Notes: generated by a model not told the origin, from the sequence alone. Shown: positions 1 through 10,575, numbered from the stretch's first letter. The stretch: DNA of 64,000 bases from Bacteroidaceae bacterium (GCA_017448965.1 JAFSKK010000058.1:961-64960); one strand, 5' to 3'. Numbers and translations are program-made.

Positions 1-1
1 G

Positions 2-1069
2 TTTTATAAATTCTTGGATACTGATGGTGACGGGAAAATGGATGGGCAGGCTGAATATATCTTTAAGAACATAGACTATGCGGAAATGAGTATCTATGAC
101 CCATACAACCCGAATAAAGGATATGATGCCGTTGGATTCACTCAGACTGTGCATTTCCTTTCTACGATTCCGTTCAACGTAAAGAGTGATGCTCCGTGGT
201 TGTCTGTAGAGAAAAAGACTATTGCCGAAAATATTTACGCCATTGGTATCGTGGCTCAGCCCAATACGACTGAAAACAGAACTGCTCATGTAATATATAC
301 GGATAATTCGGGCAAAGAGCTGTGGACTTCCACCTATCAGCAGAAAGTTCCCGACGAGATGGTTCCACAGCGTTTCATAGTTGAAACATCTGGCAACGAA
401 TACAAATACATCATTAAAGAAAAAGTCGGTGTGAATGGCAAAGTTTATGATTTTAAAGAATTAGACAATAGCTACTATTATTATAGTGATAGAACTTCAC
501 GTTATTTCGATATTCCGAGCGCAGACAAGGCTAATGAATATCAATGCTATTTCCCGGTCAACATGGTATCCATGCCCGACGGAATAGGCTCTTATACACT
601 TACCATTCCAACCTCTTTAACAACAGATGATTTCCCATTTGTAGCGTTACGAAACGACGTATACGGACCAATAAACAATCCAACTTCAATCAGTTTTATA
701 CAGGCTTGTCCTGCCATCATGATTGAAGGTAGTATGTTTGAAGGTAGTTTTGAAACTATAGATCATCTTATCCTGACAGCCGACCAACCTATTTGTGGTA
801 CTGCTACTTATGACTTTCAAAGAGGATATTTAAATTCTGAGCCTCGGATAGATGAATCACAAACAAAACCAAACAGTAACGGAGTATATCAGATGACCAT
901 TAAAGTGAACTATCACGAAAATGTCGAGAGAATATTTATTCCTGTTTTACTAAGTAATTGTCTCGTAAAGGTCGCCTATTACGCAGCTAATGGTGACTTT
1001 ATTCAATCGGTGATACGACCCTCTTATTACTACGGAGGTGGATTCGGCGGACAGACTCGTGGAAAGTAA
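2..1069 (+). CDS. hypothetical surface/secreted protein, N-terminus outside window (BACON-like segment)
   Basis: The frame is open to the window edge, with no stop upstream of the TTG at 14. The segment SDAPWLSVEK...NRTAHVIYTD resembles BACON-type beta-sandwich repeats. No catalytic motif recognised. Confidence 0.55.
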   Translation, partial: FYKFLDTDGDGKMDGQAEYIFKNIDYAEMSIYDPYNPNKGYDAVGFTQTVHFLSTIPFNVKSDAPWLSVEKKTIAENIYAIGIVAQPNTTENRTAHVIYTDNSGKELWTSTYQQKVPDEMVPQRFIVETSGNEYKYIIKEKVGVNGKVYDFKELDNSYYYYSDRTSRYFDIPSADKANEYQCYFPVNMVSMPDGIGSYTLTIPTSLTTDDFPFVALRNDVYGPINNPTSISFIQACPAIMIEGSMFEGSFETIDHLILTADQPICGTATYDFQRGYLNSEPRIDESQTKPNSNGVYQMTIKVNYHENVERIFIPVLLSNCLVKVAYYAANGDFIQSVIRPSYYYGGGFGGQTRGK

Positions 1070-1178
1070 AAGACAACATCAACCATGCGATTGGCCGAAA
1101 AAACTATATTTTTTTATCCCTCAACATTTAAATTCTAAAAAAAACACGGAAAAGTTTTGGCAGTCGGTGAAAAAGTCG

Positions 1179-1186
1179 TACCTTTG
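1179..1186 (+). promoter_or_regulatory. Bacteroidetes-type -7 promoter box (TACCTTTG) for tRNA-Glu
   Basis: Matches the TAnnTTTG consensus and lies about 30 nt upstream of the tRNA 5' end. Confidence 0.4.
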
Positions 1187-1216
1187 CACTCGCAATTGAA
1201 AAATTGCCTACAGGTT

Positions 1217-1291
1217 GGCCCGTTCGTCTATCGGCTAGGACGAGAGATTTTCATTCTCTAAAGAGGAGTTCGACTCTCCTACGGGCTACCA
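1217..1291 (+). tRNA. tRNA-Glu (anticodon UUC), CCA encoded
   Basis: Cloverleaf folded by hand. Acceptor GGCCCGT/ACGGGCT (G1:U72 wobble); D stem GTCT/GGAC with GG in the loop; anticodon stem AGAGA/TCTCT with loop TT-TTC-AT. It has a 4-nt variable loop, T arm AGGAG-TTCGACT-CTCCT, discriminator A, then CCA. Confidence 0.85.
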
Positions 1292-1315
1292 GCCCACGCG
1301 CTGGGCGTTTTTTTT
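1292..1315 (+). terminator. intrinsic terminator after tRNA-Glu
   Basis: GCCCA-CGCGC-TGGGC hairpin followed by T8. Confidence 0.6.
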
Positions 1316-1432
1316 GAAAAGGATTTTTGCCGCTCAAAGAAAACAAACATGGAGATGGGTGCGAGGTCTAAGCGCCATACCACATCGGACTCCACAAAAC
1401 AACCAATCATTAACAATTAACAATTCAAACAA

Positions 1433-1687
1433 ATGGCACACCACAAATCATGTCTGAAGCGCATCCGCCAGAACGAGAAGCGCAGAATTCACAACCGTTA
1501 CTACGCAAAGACAATGCGTAACTACCTCCGCGACATCCGCAACACCAAGGACAAGGCTACAGCGCAGGAAATGTTCCCAACACTCCAGAAGATGCTGGAC
1601 AAGCTTGCTAAGCAGAACATCATCCACTGGAAGAAGGCTGCCAACCTGAAGTCAGGTACTGCCAAGATGATTGCAAAACTCGCTTAA
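1433..1687 (+). CDS. rpsT: 30S ribosomal protein S20
   Basis: 84-aa basic protein. The N-terminus [18 protein letters not shown]... is typical of S20. Confidence 0.9.
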   Translation: MAHHKSCLKRIRQNEKRRIHNRYYAKTMRNYLRDIRNTKDKATAQEMFPTLQKMLDKLAKQNIIHWKKAANLKSGTAKMIAKLA

Positions 1688-1761
1688 ACGAAACCGACGC
1701 AGAAGCAAAGACCGACAACATAAAAGATGGTCATAGCTAAAACGATTCGTTAGAGATACGC

Positions 1762-1794
1762 GGTCAGGATTCACACAGAATCCTGACCTTTTTT
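1762..1794 (+). terminator. intrinsic terminator after rpsT
   Basis: GGTCAGGATTC / GAATCCTGACC 11-bp stem followed by T6. Confidence 0.75.
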
Positions 1795-1923
1795 ATGCCC
1801 TTTTGGGAAGTAAAATGTGCTCTTTGAAAGTTTTTTCCCCGTAGGGGAACTTTTCTTCACTTTTTCTTTCGTCATGTCAAGTTTTTTCCGTAACTTTGTA
1901 ACGAATAAAAGAGAATATAAACA

Positions 1924-3900
1924 ATGGATGAAACACTTATGAACGGGGCGGAATATTCTGCCAGTAACATCCAAGTCCTTGAGGGCTTGGAGGCCGTAAG
2001 AAAACGCCCCGCCATGTACATCGGTGACATCAGCGAGAAGGGTTTGCACCACCTCGTTTATGAAACCGTAGATAACTCTATCGATGAGGCGTTGGCAGGT
2101 TTCTGCACGCACATCGAAGTAACAATCAACGAAGACAATTCCATCACCGTACAGGACAACGGTCGTGGTATTCCTGTGGATATGCACGAGAAGGAGCATC
2201 GCAGTGCCCTCGAAGTGGTGATGACTGTGTTGCATGCCGGTGGTAAGTTCGACAAAGGCTCATACAAAGTGTCGGGCGGTCTGCACGGTGTGGGTGTGAG
2301 CTGTGTGAACGCACTTTCCACCCACATGACCTCGCAGGTGTTCCGCGACGGCAAGATTTATCAGCAGGAATATGAAAAGGGCAAGCCGCTCTACGACGTG
2401 AAAGTGGTGGGCGAGACAGAGCTGCGAGGCACCCGTCAGCAGTTCTGGCCTGACAAGACTATCTTCATCACCACCACATACAAGTATGACATCTTGGCAA
2501 ACCGTATGCGCGAACTCGCCTATCTGAACGCTGGCATCAAGATCACGTTGACTGATATGCGTCTGGACAAGAACGCTGAAGTGGGCATCGAAGGCATCCG
2601 TCAAGAAGTGTTCCACAGCGAAGGCGGTTTGAAGGACTTTGTGCGTTACATCGACTCTACACGCACCTGCCTGTTCGACGACGTGATTTATCTGAACACA
2701 GAGAAGCAGAACACGCCTATCGAAGTGGCTATCATGTATAACACTTCCTACAGCGAGAACATCCACTCTTACGTCAACAACATCAACACCATCGAGGGTG
2801 GTACGCACCTGCAAGGTTTCCGCACGGCATTGACCCGTGTGTTGAAGAAGTATGCTGATGACAACAAGATTACGGAGAAGCTGGAGAAACAGAAGATAGA
2901 AATCAGCGGTGAAGACTTCCGCGAGGGACTTACAGCTGTTATCAGCGTGAAGGTGGCAGAACCTCAGTTTGAGGGTCAGACGAAGACCAAGCTGGGCAAC
3001 AGCGAGGTAGCAGGTGCTGTTCAGCAGGCTGTAGGCGAGGCATTGTCTTACTATCTGGAAGAGCACCCCAAGGAGGCCAAGATGGTCATCGACAAAGTGG
3101 TGCTGGCTGCTGAGGCTCGTGTTGCCGCCCGTGCTGCCCGCGAGAAGGTGCAGCGCAAGAACCCGATGACAGGTGGTGGTCTGCCAGGCAAACTGGCTGA
3201 CTGCTCAGACAAGGATGCTGCCAACTGCGAGATGTTCATTGTCGAGGGAGATTCGGCCGGCGGCTCTGCCAAGCAGGGACGTGACCGCCACTTCCAAGCG
3301 ATATTACCTATCCGTGGTAAGATCTTCAACGTGGAGCGCGTCAAATGGCATCAGGCCTTCGAACACGAGGAGGTGAACAACATCTTCCAGGCACTCGGCG
3401 TGAAGTTCGGACTCAACCCAGAAGACCAGAAAGAAGCCAACTACGACAAGCTGCGTTACTACAAGACCATCATCATGACCGATGCCGATGTCGATGGCTC
3501 TCACATCGACACCCTTCTGATGACCCTGTTCTTCCGCTTCTTGCCACAGTTGATTCGCGACGGCCGTCTCTACATCGCCACACCCCCACTCTACAAGTGT
3601 ACAAAGGGAAAGGTGAGCGAGTATTGCTACGACGAGTCGGCTCTTCAGCGCTTTATCGACACCTACGGAGAAGGCTCCGAGGACAAGATTAAGGTACAGC
3701 GCTACAAAGGTCTTGGAGAGATGAACCCAGAGCAACTCTGGGAGACCACCATGAACCCCGCAACGCGTCTCCTGAAGCAAGTGACCATCGATGATGCTGC
3801 CGAGGCTGACTACACCTTCTCCATGCTGATGGGTGAAGACGTCGGTCCACGCCGCGAGTTCATCGAGAAGAACGCTACTTACGCCAACATCGACGCATAA
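1924..3900 (+). CDS. gyrB: DNA gyrase subunit B
   Basis: 658 aa. Contains GHKL ATPase motifs (LEAVRKRPAMYIGD, HAGGKF), Toprim EGDSAGG and PLRGKI-like IRGKIFNVE, and the C-terminal KGLGEMNP motif. Confidence 0.97.
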   Translation: MDETLMNGAEYSASNIQVLEGLEAVRKRPAMYIGDISEKGLHHLVYETVDNSIDEALAGFCTHIEVTINEDNSITVQDNGRGIPVDMHEKEHRSALEVVMTVLHAGGKFDKGSYKVSGGLHGVGVSCVNALSTHMTSQVFRDGKIYQQEYEKGKPLYDVKVVGETELRGTRQQFWPDKTIFITTTYKYDILANRMRELAYLNAGIKITLTDMRLDKNAEVGIEGIRQEVFHSEGGLKDFVRYIDSTRTCLFDDVIYLNTEKQNTPIEVAIMYNTSYSENIHSYVNNINTIEGGTHLQGFRTALTRVLKKYADDNKITEKLEKQKIEISGEDFREGLTAVISVKVAEPQFEGQTKTKLGNSEVAGAVQQAVGEALSYYLEEHPKEAKMVIDKVVLAAEARVAARAAREKVQRKNPMTGGGLPGKLADCSDKDAANCEMFIVEGDSAGGSAKQGRDRHFQAILPIRGKIFNVERVKWHQAFEHEEVNNIFQALGVKFGLNPEDQKEANYDKLRYYKTIIMTDADVDGSHIDTLLMTLFFRFLPQLIRDGRLYIATPPLYKCTKGKVSEYCYDESALQRFIDTYGEGSEDKIKVQRYKGLGEMNPEQLWETTMNPATRLLKQVTIDDAAEADYTFSMLMGEDVGPRREFIEKNATYANIDA

Positions 3901-3910
3901 AACTCATAGG

Positions 3911-3980
3911 ACTAGTCAAACTAGCCATTCTAGTCAAACTAGATATACTAGGGAAACTAGATATACTAGGGAAACTAGTT
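3911..3980. repeat. ACTAG-rich tandem repeats (18-bp unit ACTAGATATACTAGGGAA x2, plus two ACTAGTCAAACTAG copies)
   Basis: Perfect 18-bp tandem duplication at 3938-3955 and 3956-3973. Related 14-mers lie at 3911 and 3930. Confidence 0.8.
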
Positions 3981-4019
3981 TCAATTAGTACATTTCATTC
4001 AATTCTTACATATATTCTC

Positions 4020-4067
4020 GTGCCGACCATCCAGAAGTGATTCTAACCGCGTCGGCACATCTTTTTT
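4020..4067 (+). terminator. candidate gyrB terminator
   Basis: GTGCCGAC / GTCGGCAC stem with a 23-nt loop, followed by T6. Confidence 0.45.
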
Positions 4068-4107
4068 CTCATCCTCAGACCCACCCTTGAGGTAAATAAA
4101 GGACAAC

Positions 4108-4151
4108 AAAAAAAGGCTGGCTACGCTTCGCAAGCATAGCCAGCCTTTTTT
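4108..4151. terminator. bidirectional terminator between convergent gyrB and ftsZ
   Basis: A7-GGCTGGCTA...TAGCCAGCC-T6 hairpin flanked by an A-run and a T-run. Confidence 0.7.
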
Positions 4152-4168
4152 GTTGATGAGGATGAGTA

Positions 4169-5482
4169 TCAACTGAAAAGAATTGTTGCTCCTGGTTCCA
4201 ACACGTTCGACTTATTGGAACCCATATCTGTGAGTTGACGCAATGTCTCTTTTGAACGTTTGTAAGTAGGCGATGTCTCCACCATGCTGATGACATCTTC
4301 GTTGTCGAGGTCTTCCTCTTTGAAGATATAACTATAGATGGGACGACGGATGATGCTGTGGTTCTTGTCAGGACCATAGATGGTTTCGCGACGATGTGCA
4401 CGTTCAGCCTCCAGTTCCGCTTTCTCTGCATCACGCTGCTGCTGCTCCTTATCACGGGCCATCAGACGGTTACCAAGTTCATCAGAGTCGATGTCCTCCA
4501 CACCGAAGCCTGTGGCAAGAATGGTAATCTTCACCTGATCAGTCAACGACGGGTCAACAGAAAGACCCCACTTGGTCTCGACATCATCGCGCTTCACCTT
4601 GGCCATAAACTCATGCACCTCGTTCATCTCGTCCATCATCAGAGCGCTATTACCCTCTCCTGCCTCATCAGGCACGGAGATACGGATAAGTATCTTGTTG
4701 GCACGATAGATGTCGTTGTTGTTGAGCAATGGGGAATTCAAAGCATCGCTGATACCCTTCGTAACGCGGTTTTCGCCCGAACCATAACCCGTACTCATGA
4801 TGGCCACACCACCATCTTTCAACACTGTGCTGACATCGTTGAAGTCGAGGTTGATGATACCATGCATGGTGATGATTTCCGCGATAGAACGTGCCGCATT
4901 GCAAAGCGTGTCGTCTGCCTTTGCGAAGGCCTTGATGACGGTAAAGTCCTGATAAATCTCACGCAGACGCTCATTGTTGATAACAAGCAAAGCATCCACA
5001 TTCTTGCTCATCTCCTCCACACCGTCGAGTGCCTGGTCAATCTTCTTGTTACCCTCCCAACGGAATGGAATGGTCACAATACCCACGGTGAGGATGCCCA
5101 TGTCCTTGGCCGTCTTGGCAATGAGTGGTGCGGCACCAGTACCAGTTCCGCCACCCATACCAGCCGTAATGAAGGCCATCTTCGTTCCATCGGAAAGCAT
5201 GCTCTTGATTTCCTCGATAGACTCTTCTGTGGCCTTACGTGCACGGTCAGGACGGTTGCCCGCTCCAAGACCTTCACTACCCAGCTGAATCTTTTCTGGT
5301 ACAGGAGAGTCCTGCAACGCCTTGTTATCCGTGTTACACACGACGAACGTAACATCGTGGATACCTTCATTGTACATGTGGTTGACTGCATTGCTACCGC
5401 CGCCGCCAACACCAATCACCTTAATGATGCTTGTGGTGCCCTTTGTAAAGTTGAAAACACCAATATTATCGTCTTCTGCCAT
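4169..5482 (-). CDS. ftsZ: cell division protein FtsZ
   Basis: 437 aa with the tubulin signature GGGTGTGAAP and N-terminal IKVIGVGGGGSNAVN. Confidence 0.97.
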   Translation of the reverse strand: MAEDDNIGVFNFTKGTTSIIKVIGVGGGGSNAVNHMYNEGIHDVTFVVCNTDNKALQDSPVPEKIQLGSEGLGAGNRPDRARKATEESIEEIKSMLSDGTKMAFITAGMGGGTGTGAAPLIAKTAKDMGILTVGIVTIPFRWEGNKKIDQALDGVEEMSKNVDALLVINNERLREIYQDFTVIKAFAKADDTLCNAARSIAEIITMHGIINLDFNDVSTVLKDGGVAIMSTGYGSGENRVTKGISDALNSPLLNNNDIYRANKILIRISVPDEAGEGNSALMMDEMNEVHEFMAKVKRDDVETKWGLSVDPSLTDQVKITILATGFGVEDIDSDELGNRLMARDKEQQQRDAEKAELEAERAHRRETIYGPDKNHSIIRRPIYSYIFKEEDLDNEDVISMVETSPTYKRSKETLRQLTDMGSNKSNVLEPGATILFS

Positions 5483-5505
5483 ATCTTATTCTGTTTTTTA
5501 CTTGT

Positions 5506-7131
5506 TTATTGATCGTCACTCACAAGGTCATTAAGCGTACGCTTGATACGTCCCCAAGCGCTGTTTTCCTTGTTTGCATGATTCACATTCTCCGTCAGTT
5601 CATCAACAGCATCCTTGAGCAGGTTGGCAAGATCTGCGCCTTCTTTGAGGCTCTGCTTGAACTTATCCTTCCCTTGCAAGGCTGCAACAGCCTTTTCGTA
5701 CTTCTCGCCTATCGTTTCATCGAGAATGGCCAACGAAAGTTCTTTCGCATTCTGACGAACCTTCTTGTCACTACCATATTTCCTCAACTCATCGTTCTGC
5801 TTTTTGACCTTGTCAATTGCATTACGAATCTCTGTCTTCACGTTATCGAAAGCGATGGCATCCTGTGCCTCAGCTGCTGCTGCTGCATCAGCCTCTTCAC
5901 GAAGACGGCGACGCTCCTCTTCCTTCTGTTGCTGGTCAAACATGTCGGGAACACGGTCAAAGGTCTCACCGCCACAAGGAACTGTGCCTGCAAGCAACAG
6001 GGAAACAATGGTTGCCGACTGTGCACTGTCAAGCACAATGTTGGAGGCATTGGAAGTCTTCACCACCATTTGGTTCACCTTGGTGGCCACACGTACCTTA
6101 TCAATCTTTGTGCCCTTCACAAAGGCCTTCACAATGTTCTTCATGCTGCTGCCACCACCTGTGATAACCAACCCTGCCAGAAGTTTTCCGCTATAGTCAG
6201 AGTTAATAATCTGATTGCTGACATTAGCAATAATCTCGTTCATACGCGCCTCAGCCACATTCTTGATCGTTGCGATGTCTATCTGTCGACCATCTGACGT
6301 CGTGTAGAACTGTGGATCAGCCTCCTCAGACATGTCGGTGTCTTGGCAGGCATCCCCATACTTCAGCTTCACATCCTCCGTCTCAGCATCATCAATGGGC
6401 AAGGTGGCAAGGTCTTTGTTGATGTTGCTACATCCCAGTGGAATGGTGACAAGATAGCGAACAATGTTGTTTTTGTAAACCACCAGCGTAGTGGTGTCAG
6501 CGCCCAGGTCAACAAGCGCACAACCAGAACGCTTCTCTGCATCTGTCAAAACGTTGTTGGCCAACTGAAGCGGAGAAATCAATCCCTCAGCAATCGCCAC
6601 TCCTGCGTTAGCAAAGACCGTCTCGATGTTCGTGCGGAGATTCGACTTGGCTATCACATCCAGGAACTCACCTTCGATGTTCGTACCCATCACACCTACA
6701 GGATCAGCAATGATACTGGAATCCACCACATACTCCTGCGGGAAGTTCTCCAGCACTTCATAATCATTGAAAGGAATCTCGTAACTCTCCTGACGGATAG
6801 CGTCAATCGCCTCGTTGGTGATGTAACTCTGCGTGAGCAGGTTCCGTTTGATAACGCACTTGTAAGAACGTACCGACTGACCGCCCAAGCCAACATAAGC
6901 ACGAGAAATCTTGGTCTTGAGTACAGCCTCAAGTTTCGCGATGATGTTGTTGACACTCTGGTAGGTCTTCTCAATGTTGTAGACAACACCACGCTTCACA
7001 CACCCTACCGTTTTCTCTTCTGCATAGGCGAGAATTTGCATCGTGCCATCCTTTTTCTTGCCTGCGATGCCCGAAATCTTGGACGAGCCAAGTTCCACCG
7101 CAACAATGAACTCTTTATCTGAATTGGCCAT
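5506..7131 (-). CDS. ftsA: cell division protein FtsA (long charged C-terminal extension)
   Basis: 541 aa with an actin-like ATPase N-terminus (VELGSSKISGIAG, DLGADTTT, VITGGGS). It sits between ftsQ and ftsZ. Confidence 0.92.
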   Translation of the reverse strand: MANSDKEFIVAVELGSSKISGIAGKKKDGTMQILAYAEEKTVGCVKRGVVYNIEKTYQSVNNIIAKLEAVLKTKISRAYVGLGGQSVRSYKCVIKRNLLTQSYITNEAIDAIRQESYEIPFNDYEVLENFPQEYVVDSSIIADPVGVMGTNIEGEFLDVIAKSNLRTNIETVFANAGVAIAEGLISPLQLANNVLTDAEKRSGCALVDLGADTTTLVVYKNNIVRYLVTIPLGCSNINKDLATLPIDDAETEDVKLKYGDACQDTDMSEEADPQFYTTSDGRQIDIATIKNVAEARMNEIIANVSNQIINSDYSGKLLAGLVITGGGSSMKNIVKAFVKGTKIDKVRVATKVNQMVVKTSNASNIVLDSAQSATIVSLLLAGTVPCGGETFDRVPDMFDQQQKEEERRRLREEADAAAAAEAQDAIAFDNVKTEIRNAIDKVKKQNDELRKYGSDKKVRQNAKELSLAILDETIGEKYEKAVAALQGKDKFKQSLKEGADLANLLKDAVDELTENVNHANKENSAWGRIKRTLNDLVSDDQ

Positions 7132-7201
7132 ATATTTGAATATCTTTGAATTTGTTTTTTTCTATTTACTTTCTCTCGTTGTCATTAAGACGCTCATCTT
7201 A

Positions 7202-7960
7202 TCAACGTTTGGTGCAGATGATTTGTCCATCATACTCCAGGTTCACCCTTGCATACTTCTCCCAGCCCACTGTCTTTACGGCCTTGTTGTAGAATATCTC
7301 AAGTTTGTGGAGTTTCTTCTGATAGTCATCCATCTTACCTAAGAATACGATGTGGTTGCCAACGCGCGGAACGAGTTCCACCACACGCTCACCCTTTCGG
7401 TTCTTCTGCACATACACCTGTTCAATCTGGTTATTCCAGAACTCATCGTTCTGAAGGAACTGTCCAAACTCCGCCAACTTCGTACTGGCATACCGAGTAT
7501 CTATATCACCCGAAGCCACCACCAAGTCGGTAGCGTTGTTCTTATTGGGAATCACATTACCCTGTGCATCGACAAAATAGCCATCTTTGCCATCAGGAGA
7601 CACATAGATGACTGGCACACGCTGCTCCACACTGATGCAGAGTTTGCCATGAGAGGTCTTGTAGCACTCCACCTTCGAGATGAACTCGTTCTTGGCAATG
7701 GTCTCCTCGATTTTCTCCGTGTCCACATCCTTCATCAACTTGCCCGTTGGATAGACATGAGCACGTTTCAGCATCTTTTCCACATCTTGCTTGTCGATAA
7801 AAGCAGACTTCTCATTCTGCTTCACCTGCAATTCCACAGCCACACACCTCTCTTCTTCATCCGGTCCCGACAAGAACAGCATCGCATACGCCACATAGCC
7901 AACCAGCCCAATGGCGAGCAGCGACACCAGCGTAATCTTCACAATCTTTCCTGCTTTCAT
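7202..7960 (-). CDS. ftsQ: cell division protein FtsQ-like
   Basis: 252 aa with a single N-terminal TM helix, followed by a POTRA-like region. It sits between murC and ftsA. Confidence 0.8.
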   Translation of the reverse strand: MKAGKIVKITLVSLLAIGLVGYVAYAMLFLSGPDEEERCVAVELQVKQNEKSAFIDKQDVEKMLKRAHVYPTGKLMKDVDTEKIEETIAKNEFISKVECYKTSHGKLCISVEQRVPVIYVSPDGKDGYFVDAQGNVIPNKNNATDLVVASGDIDTRYASTKLAEFGQFLQNDEFWNNQIEQVYVQKNRKGERVVELVPRVGNHIVFLGKMDDYQKKLHKLEIFYNKAVKTVGWEKYARVNLEYDGQIICTKR

Positions 7961-8013
7961 CTTCTTGTTCTTATTTTGAGTGATTCGTTATCTTCTCCGA
8001 GAGGTTCTTTTGT

Positions 8014-9384
8014 CTATTTTGATAGAATCTCCGCAATCTGCGGAACATAGTTTTCAATGTCTCCTGCACCCAATGACATCAACACATCAAAGTTTCTGCT
8101 ACGAGCCACATCGAGGATGTCCTCTTTGTGAATGAGATGCTTCTCAATGCCTGGACGCAGATTGTCATAGATGAGCTGGCTCGTCACCCCTTCTATCGGC
8201 AGTTCACGGGCAGGGTATATGTCACACAGGTACACCGTGTCGAGCAGTGAGAGGGCTGCGGCAAATTCCTTGTAGAAGTCGCGGGTACGTGTGTAAAGAT
8301 GCGGTTGAAAGATGGCCGCAATCTTCTTGTCCTTGTACAACTCACGCACAGACTTCACGCTCTGCTCTATTTCGTTGGGATGGTGTGCATAGTCGCTGAG
8401 GAACACGATGTCCTCCTTCTTCACTTTGAAGTCAAAACGACGGTCAACCCCACCAAAACTCTTCATGCCCGCACGCAGTTCTTCTTCCTTCACTCCATTC
8501 AAGATAGCCAATGCCATCGCGGCGATGCCGTTGTCGATGTTGATGCTCACGGGCACACCCAGTTGAATGTCTTTCACCACTCCGTTGGGGTGCACAAAGT
8601 CAAACACGATTTCGCCTCCACCGATGCGGATGTTCTCAGCATGGAAGTCACCCTCCTCACGTGAATACTCATACACCTTCACACCTTCCTGCACATCGGC
8701 CTTCATCTCCAAACCCTTGTGGATAATCAGGGCACCACCTGGCTGAATGAGTGTGGTATATTTTCGGAAACTCTCCAGATACGCCTCTTTCGTTCCGTAG
8801 ATATCCAGATGGTCTGGATCAGTGGCCGTGATGACAGTCATATAGGGTCTCAGCCAGTGGAACGAGCGGTCGAACTCATCGGCCTCAATCACCACATAGT
8901 CGCTGTCGCTGAGGATGTAGTTCGTGCCATAGTTCTTCGAGATACCTCCCAAGAAGGCGTTGCAATCCACATGGCTCTGATGGAGCAGATGTGCCGCCAT
9001 CGTTGAGGTTGTGGTTTTTCCATGAGTACCAGCCACACACAGCCCCTTATGCGACTGCGTGAGGAAGCCCAACACTTGAGCACGTTTCTGTATCTCAAAA
9101 CCATTCTCGCGGAAGTACACAAGCTCCGCATGTTCTGCTGGAATGGCAGGTGTGTACACCACCAATGTGCTGTCTTTCTGTTTGAAGCAGTTGTCTATGG
9201 CATCCACATTCTCTTCGTAGTGTATCTTGGCACCCTCCTCTATCAACTTTTCGGTGAGTTCGCTGGGCGTCTTGTCATATCCTCCCACATGATAACCTTT
9301 CGTGAGGAAATAACGCACCAACGCACTCATGCCTATGCCGCCTGCGCCCACAAAATACACCGATTTTATTTCGTTCGTCTGCAT
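8014..9384 (-). CDS. murC: UDP-N-acetylmuramate--L-alanine ligase
   Basis: 456 aa. Has the Mur ligase P-loop GTHGKTTT and N-terminal FVGAGGIGMSALV. Position fits the dcw order. Confidence 0.95.
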   Translation of the reverse strand: MQTNEIKSVYFVGAGGIGMSALVRYFLTKGYHVGGYDKTPSELTEKLIEEGAKIHYEENVDAIDNCFKQKDSTLVVYTPAIPAEHAELVYFRENGFEIQKRAQVLGFLTQSHKGLCVAGTHGKTTTSTMAAHLLHQSHVDCNAFLGGISKNYGTNYILSDSDYVVIEADEFDRSFHWLRPYMTVITATDPDHLDIYGTKEAYLESFRKYTTLIQPGGALIIHKGLEMKADVQEGVKVYEYSREEGDFHAENIRIGGGEIVFDFVHPNGVVKDIQLGVPVSINIDNGIAAMALAILNGVKEEELRAGMKSFGGVDRRFDFKVKKEDIVFLSDYAHHPNEIEQSVKSVRELYKDKKIAAIFQPHLYTRTRDFYKEFAAALSLLDTVYLCDIYPARELPIEGVTSQLIYDNLRPGIEKHLIHKEDILDVARSRNFDVLMSLGAGDIENYVPQIAEILSK

Positions 9385-9398
9385 CAGTTCTCTATTTT

Positions 9399-10535
9399 TC
9401 AGTCTTTCTTATTCTTATATTCCACTGCCAGTTTCCACACCTCCTCGGCTATTACATCGGCCGAGTTGTGGAAAGTCAGTTTCTTCACGTTCTCACTCAA
9501 CGATGCCAGTTTCTTATCATCTGCCACTGTCTTCAGCGCCACTCCTATCAACGCATCCTTTGCATCCCTGTCTGCAATAAAAATCGCAGCATCCTTAGTC
9601 GAAAGTGCCATAGCATTCTTCGTTTGATGATCTTCTGCCACATTGGGCGAAGGCACCAGAATGCAGGGCTTACCCAACAGGCACAACTCCGAAATAGAAC
9701 TTGCTCCTGCACGGCTCACCACGATGTCGGCTGCCGCGTATGCATTGTCCATACTGCTGATGAAATCCATCACCTTCATGTTAGGCACCTCATCCGTCTT
9801 GCTCAAAGCCTCTGCGATGCTCTGGCTATAATACTTGCCTGTTTGCCAAATGATTTGCACATCGCTTTGACGGATATCCTCCAGATGAGCCAACACACTT
9901 TCGTTCATCGTCCGTGCGCCCAGACTTCCACCGATGATAAGTACCGTCTTCTTGTCGGGGTCGAGGCCAAAACTCTTTCTCGCCTCTTCTTTTGTCGTCT
10001 TGTTGTCAAGCAAATTCTGACGGACAGGGTTGCCTGTCATGATTATTTTATCGGCAGGGAAGAAACGTTCCATCCCACTATAAGCCACACAAACCTTCTG
10101 CGCTTTCTTGGCTAATGACTTGTTGGTCACACCTGCATAAGAATTCTGTTCCTGAATCAGACAGGGAATGCCCATCGAGTAAGCGGCATTAAGCGTCGGA
10201 GCTGAAGCATAGCCACCCACACCCACCGCCACTTGCGGACGGAAGTCGCGAATAATCTGCTTCACCATCTTCTTGCTCTTGAAGAAGTCCATCATCACAC
10301 CAAAGTTCTTCGGACTCCACAAAGGACGCACAAGGCCACGCACTGGCAAACCAACAATCTTGTATCCAGCAGCAGGCACACGCTGCATTTCCATACGTCC
10401 CTCCGCACCCACAAACAGAATCTCCGCCTCGGGATGCTGCTTCTTGATGGCATTAGCAATCGAAACGGCCGGGAAAATGTGTCCGCCCGTTCCACCACCA
10501 CTCACAATCACTCTGAAAGGTCTATTATCCTCCAT
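9399..10535 (-). CDS. murG: undecaprenyldiphospho-muramoylpentapeptide beta-N-acetylglucosaminyltransferase
   Basis: 378 aa with N-terminal GGGTGGHIFPA and a GT28 fold pattern. Position fits the dcw order. Confidence 0.95.
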   Translation of the reverse strand: MEDNRPFRVIVSGGGTGGHIFPAVSIANAIKKQHPEAEILFVGAEGRMEMQRVPAAGYKIVGLPVRGLVRPLWSPKNFGVMMDFFKSKKMVKQIIRDFRPQVAVGVGGYASAPTLNAAYSMGIPCLIQEQNSYAGVTNKSLAKKAQKVCVAYSGMERFFPADKIIMTGNPVRQNLLDNKTTKEEARKSFGLDPDKKTVLIIGGSLGARTMNESVLAHLEDIRQSDVQIIWQTGKYYSQSIAEALSKTDEVPNMKVMDFISSMDNAYAAADIVVSRAGASSISELCLLGKPCILVPSPNVAEDHQTKNAMALSTKDAAIFIADRDAKDALIGVALKTVADDKKLASLSENVKKLTFHNSADVIAEEVWKLAVEYKNKKD

Positions 10536-10575
10536 TTTCTGCTACACTTATGCTCTGATAGAACTATTGAATGGG

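Noticed and set aside
1771-2235. 154-aa minus-strand ORF overlapping the gyrB 5' end and the rpsT terminator
   Set aside because: Antisense to gyrB, and it includes the terminator hairpin. No support.
4358-5512. 384-aa plus-strand ORF overlapping ftsZ
   Set aside because: Antisense to ftsZ, which has the tubulin signature. No motifs.
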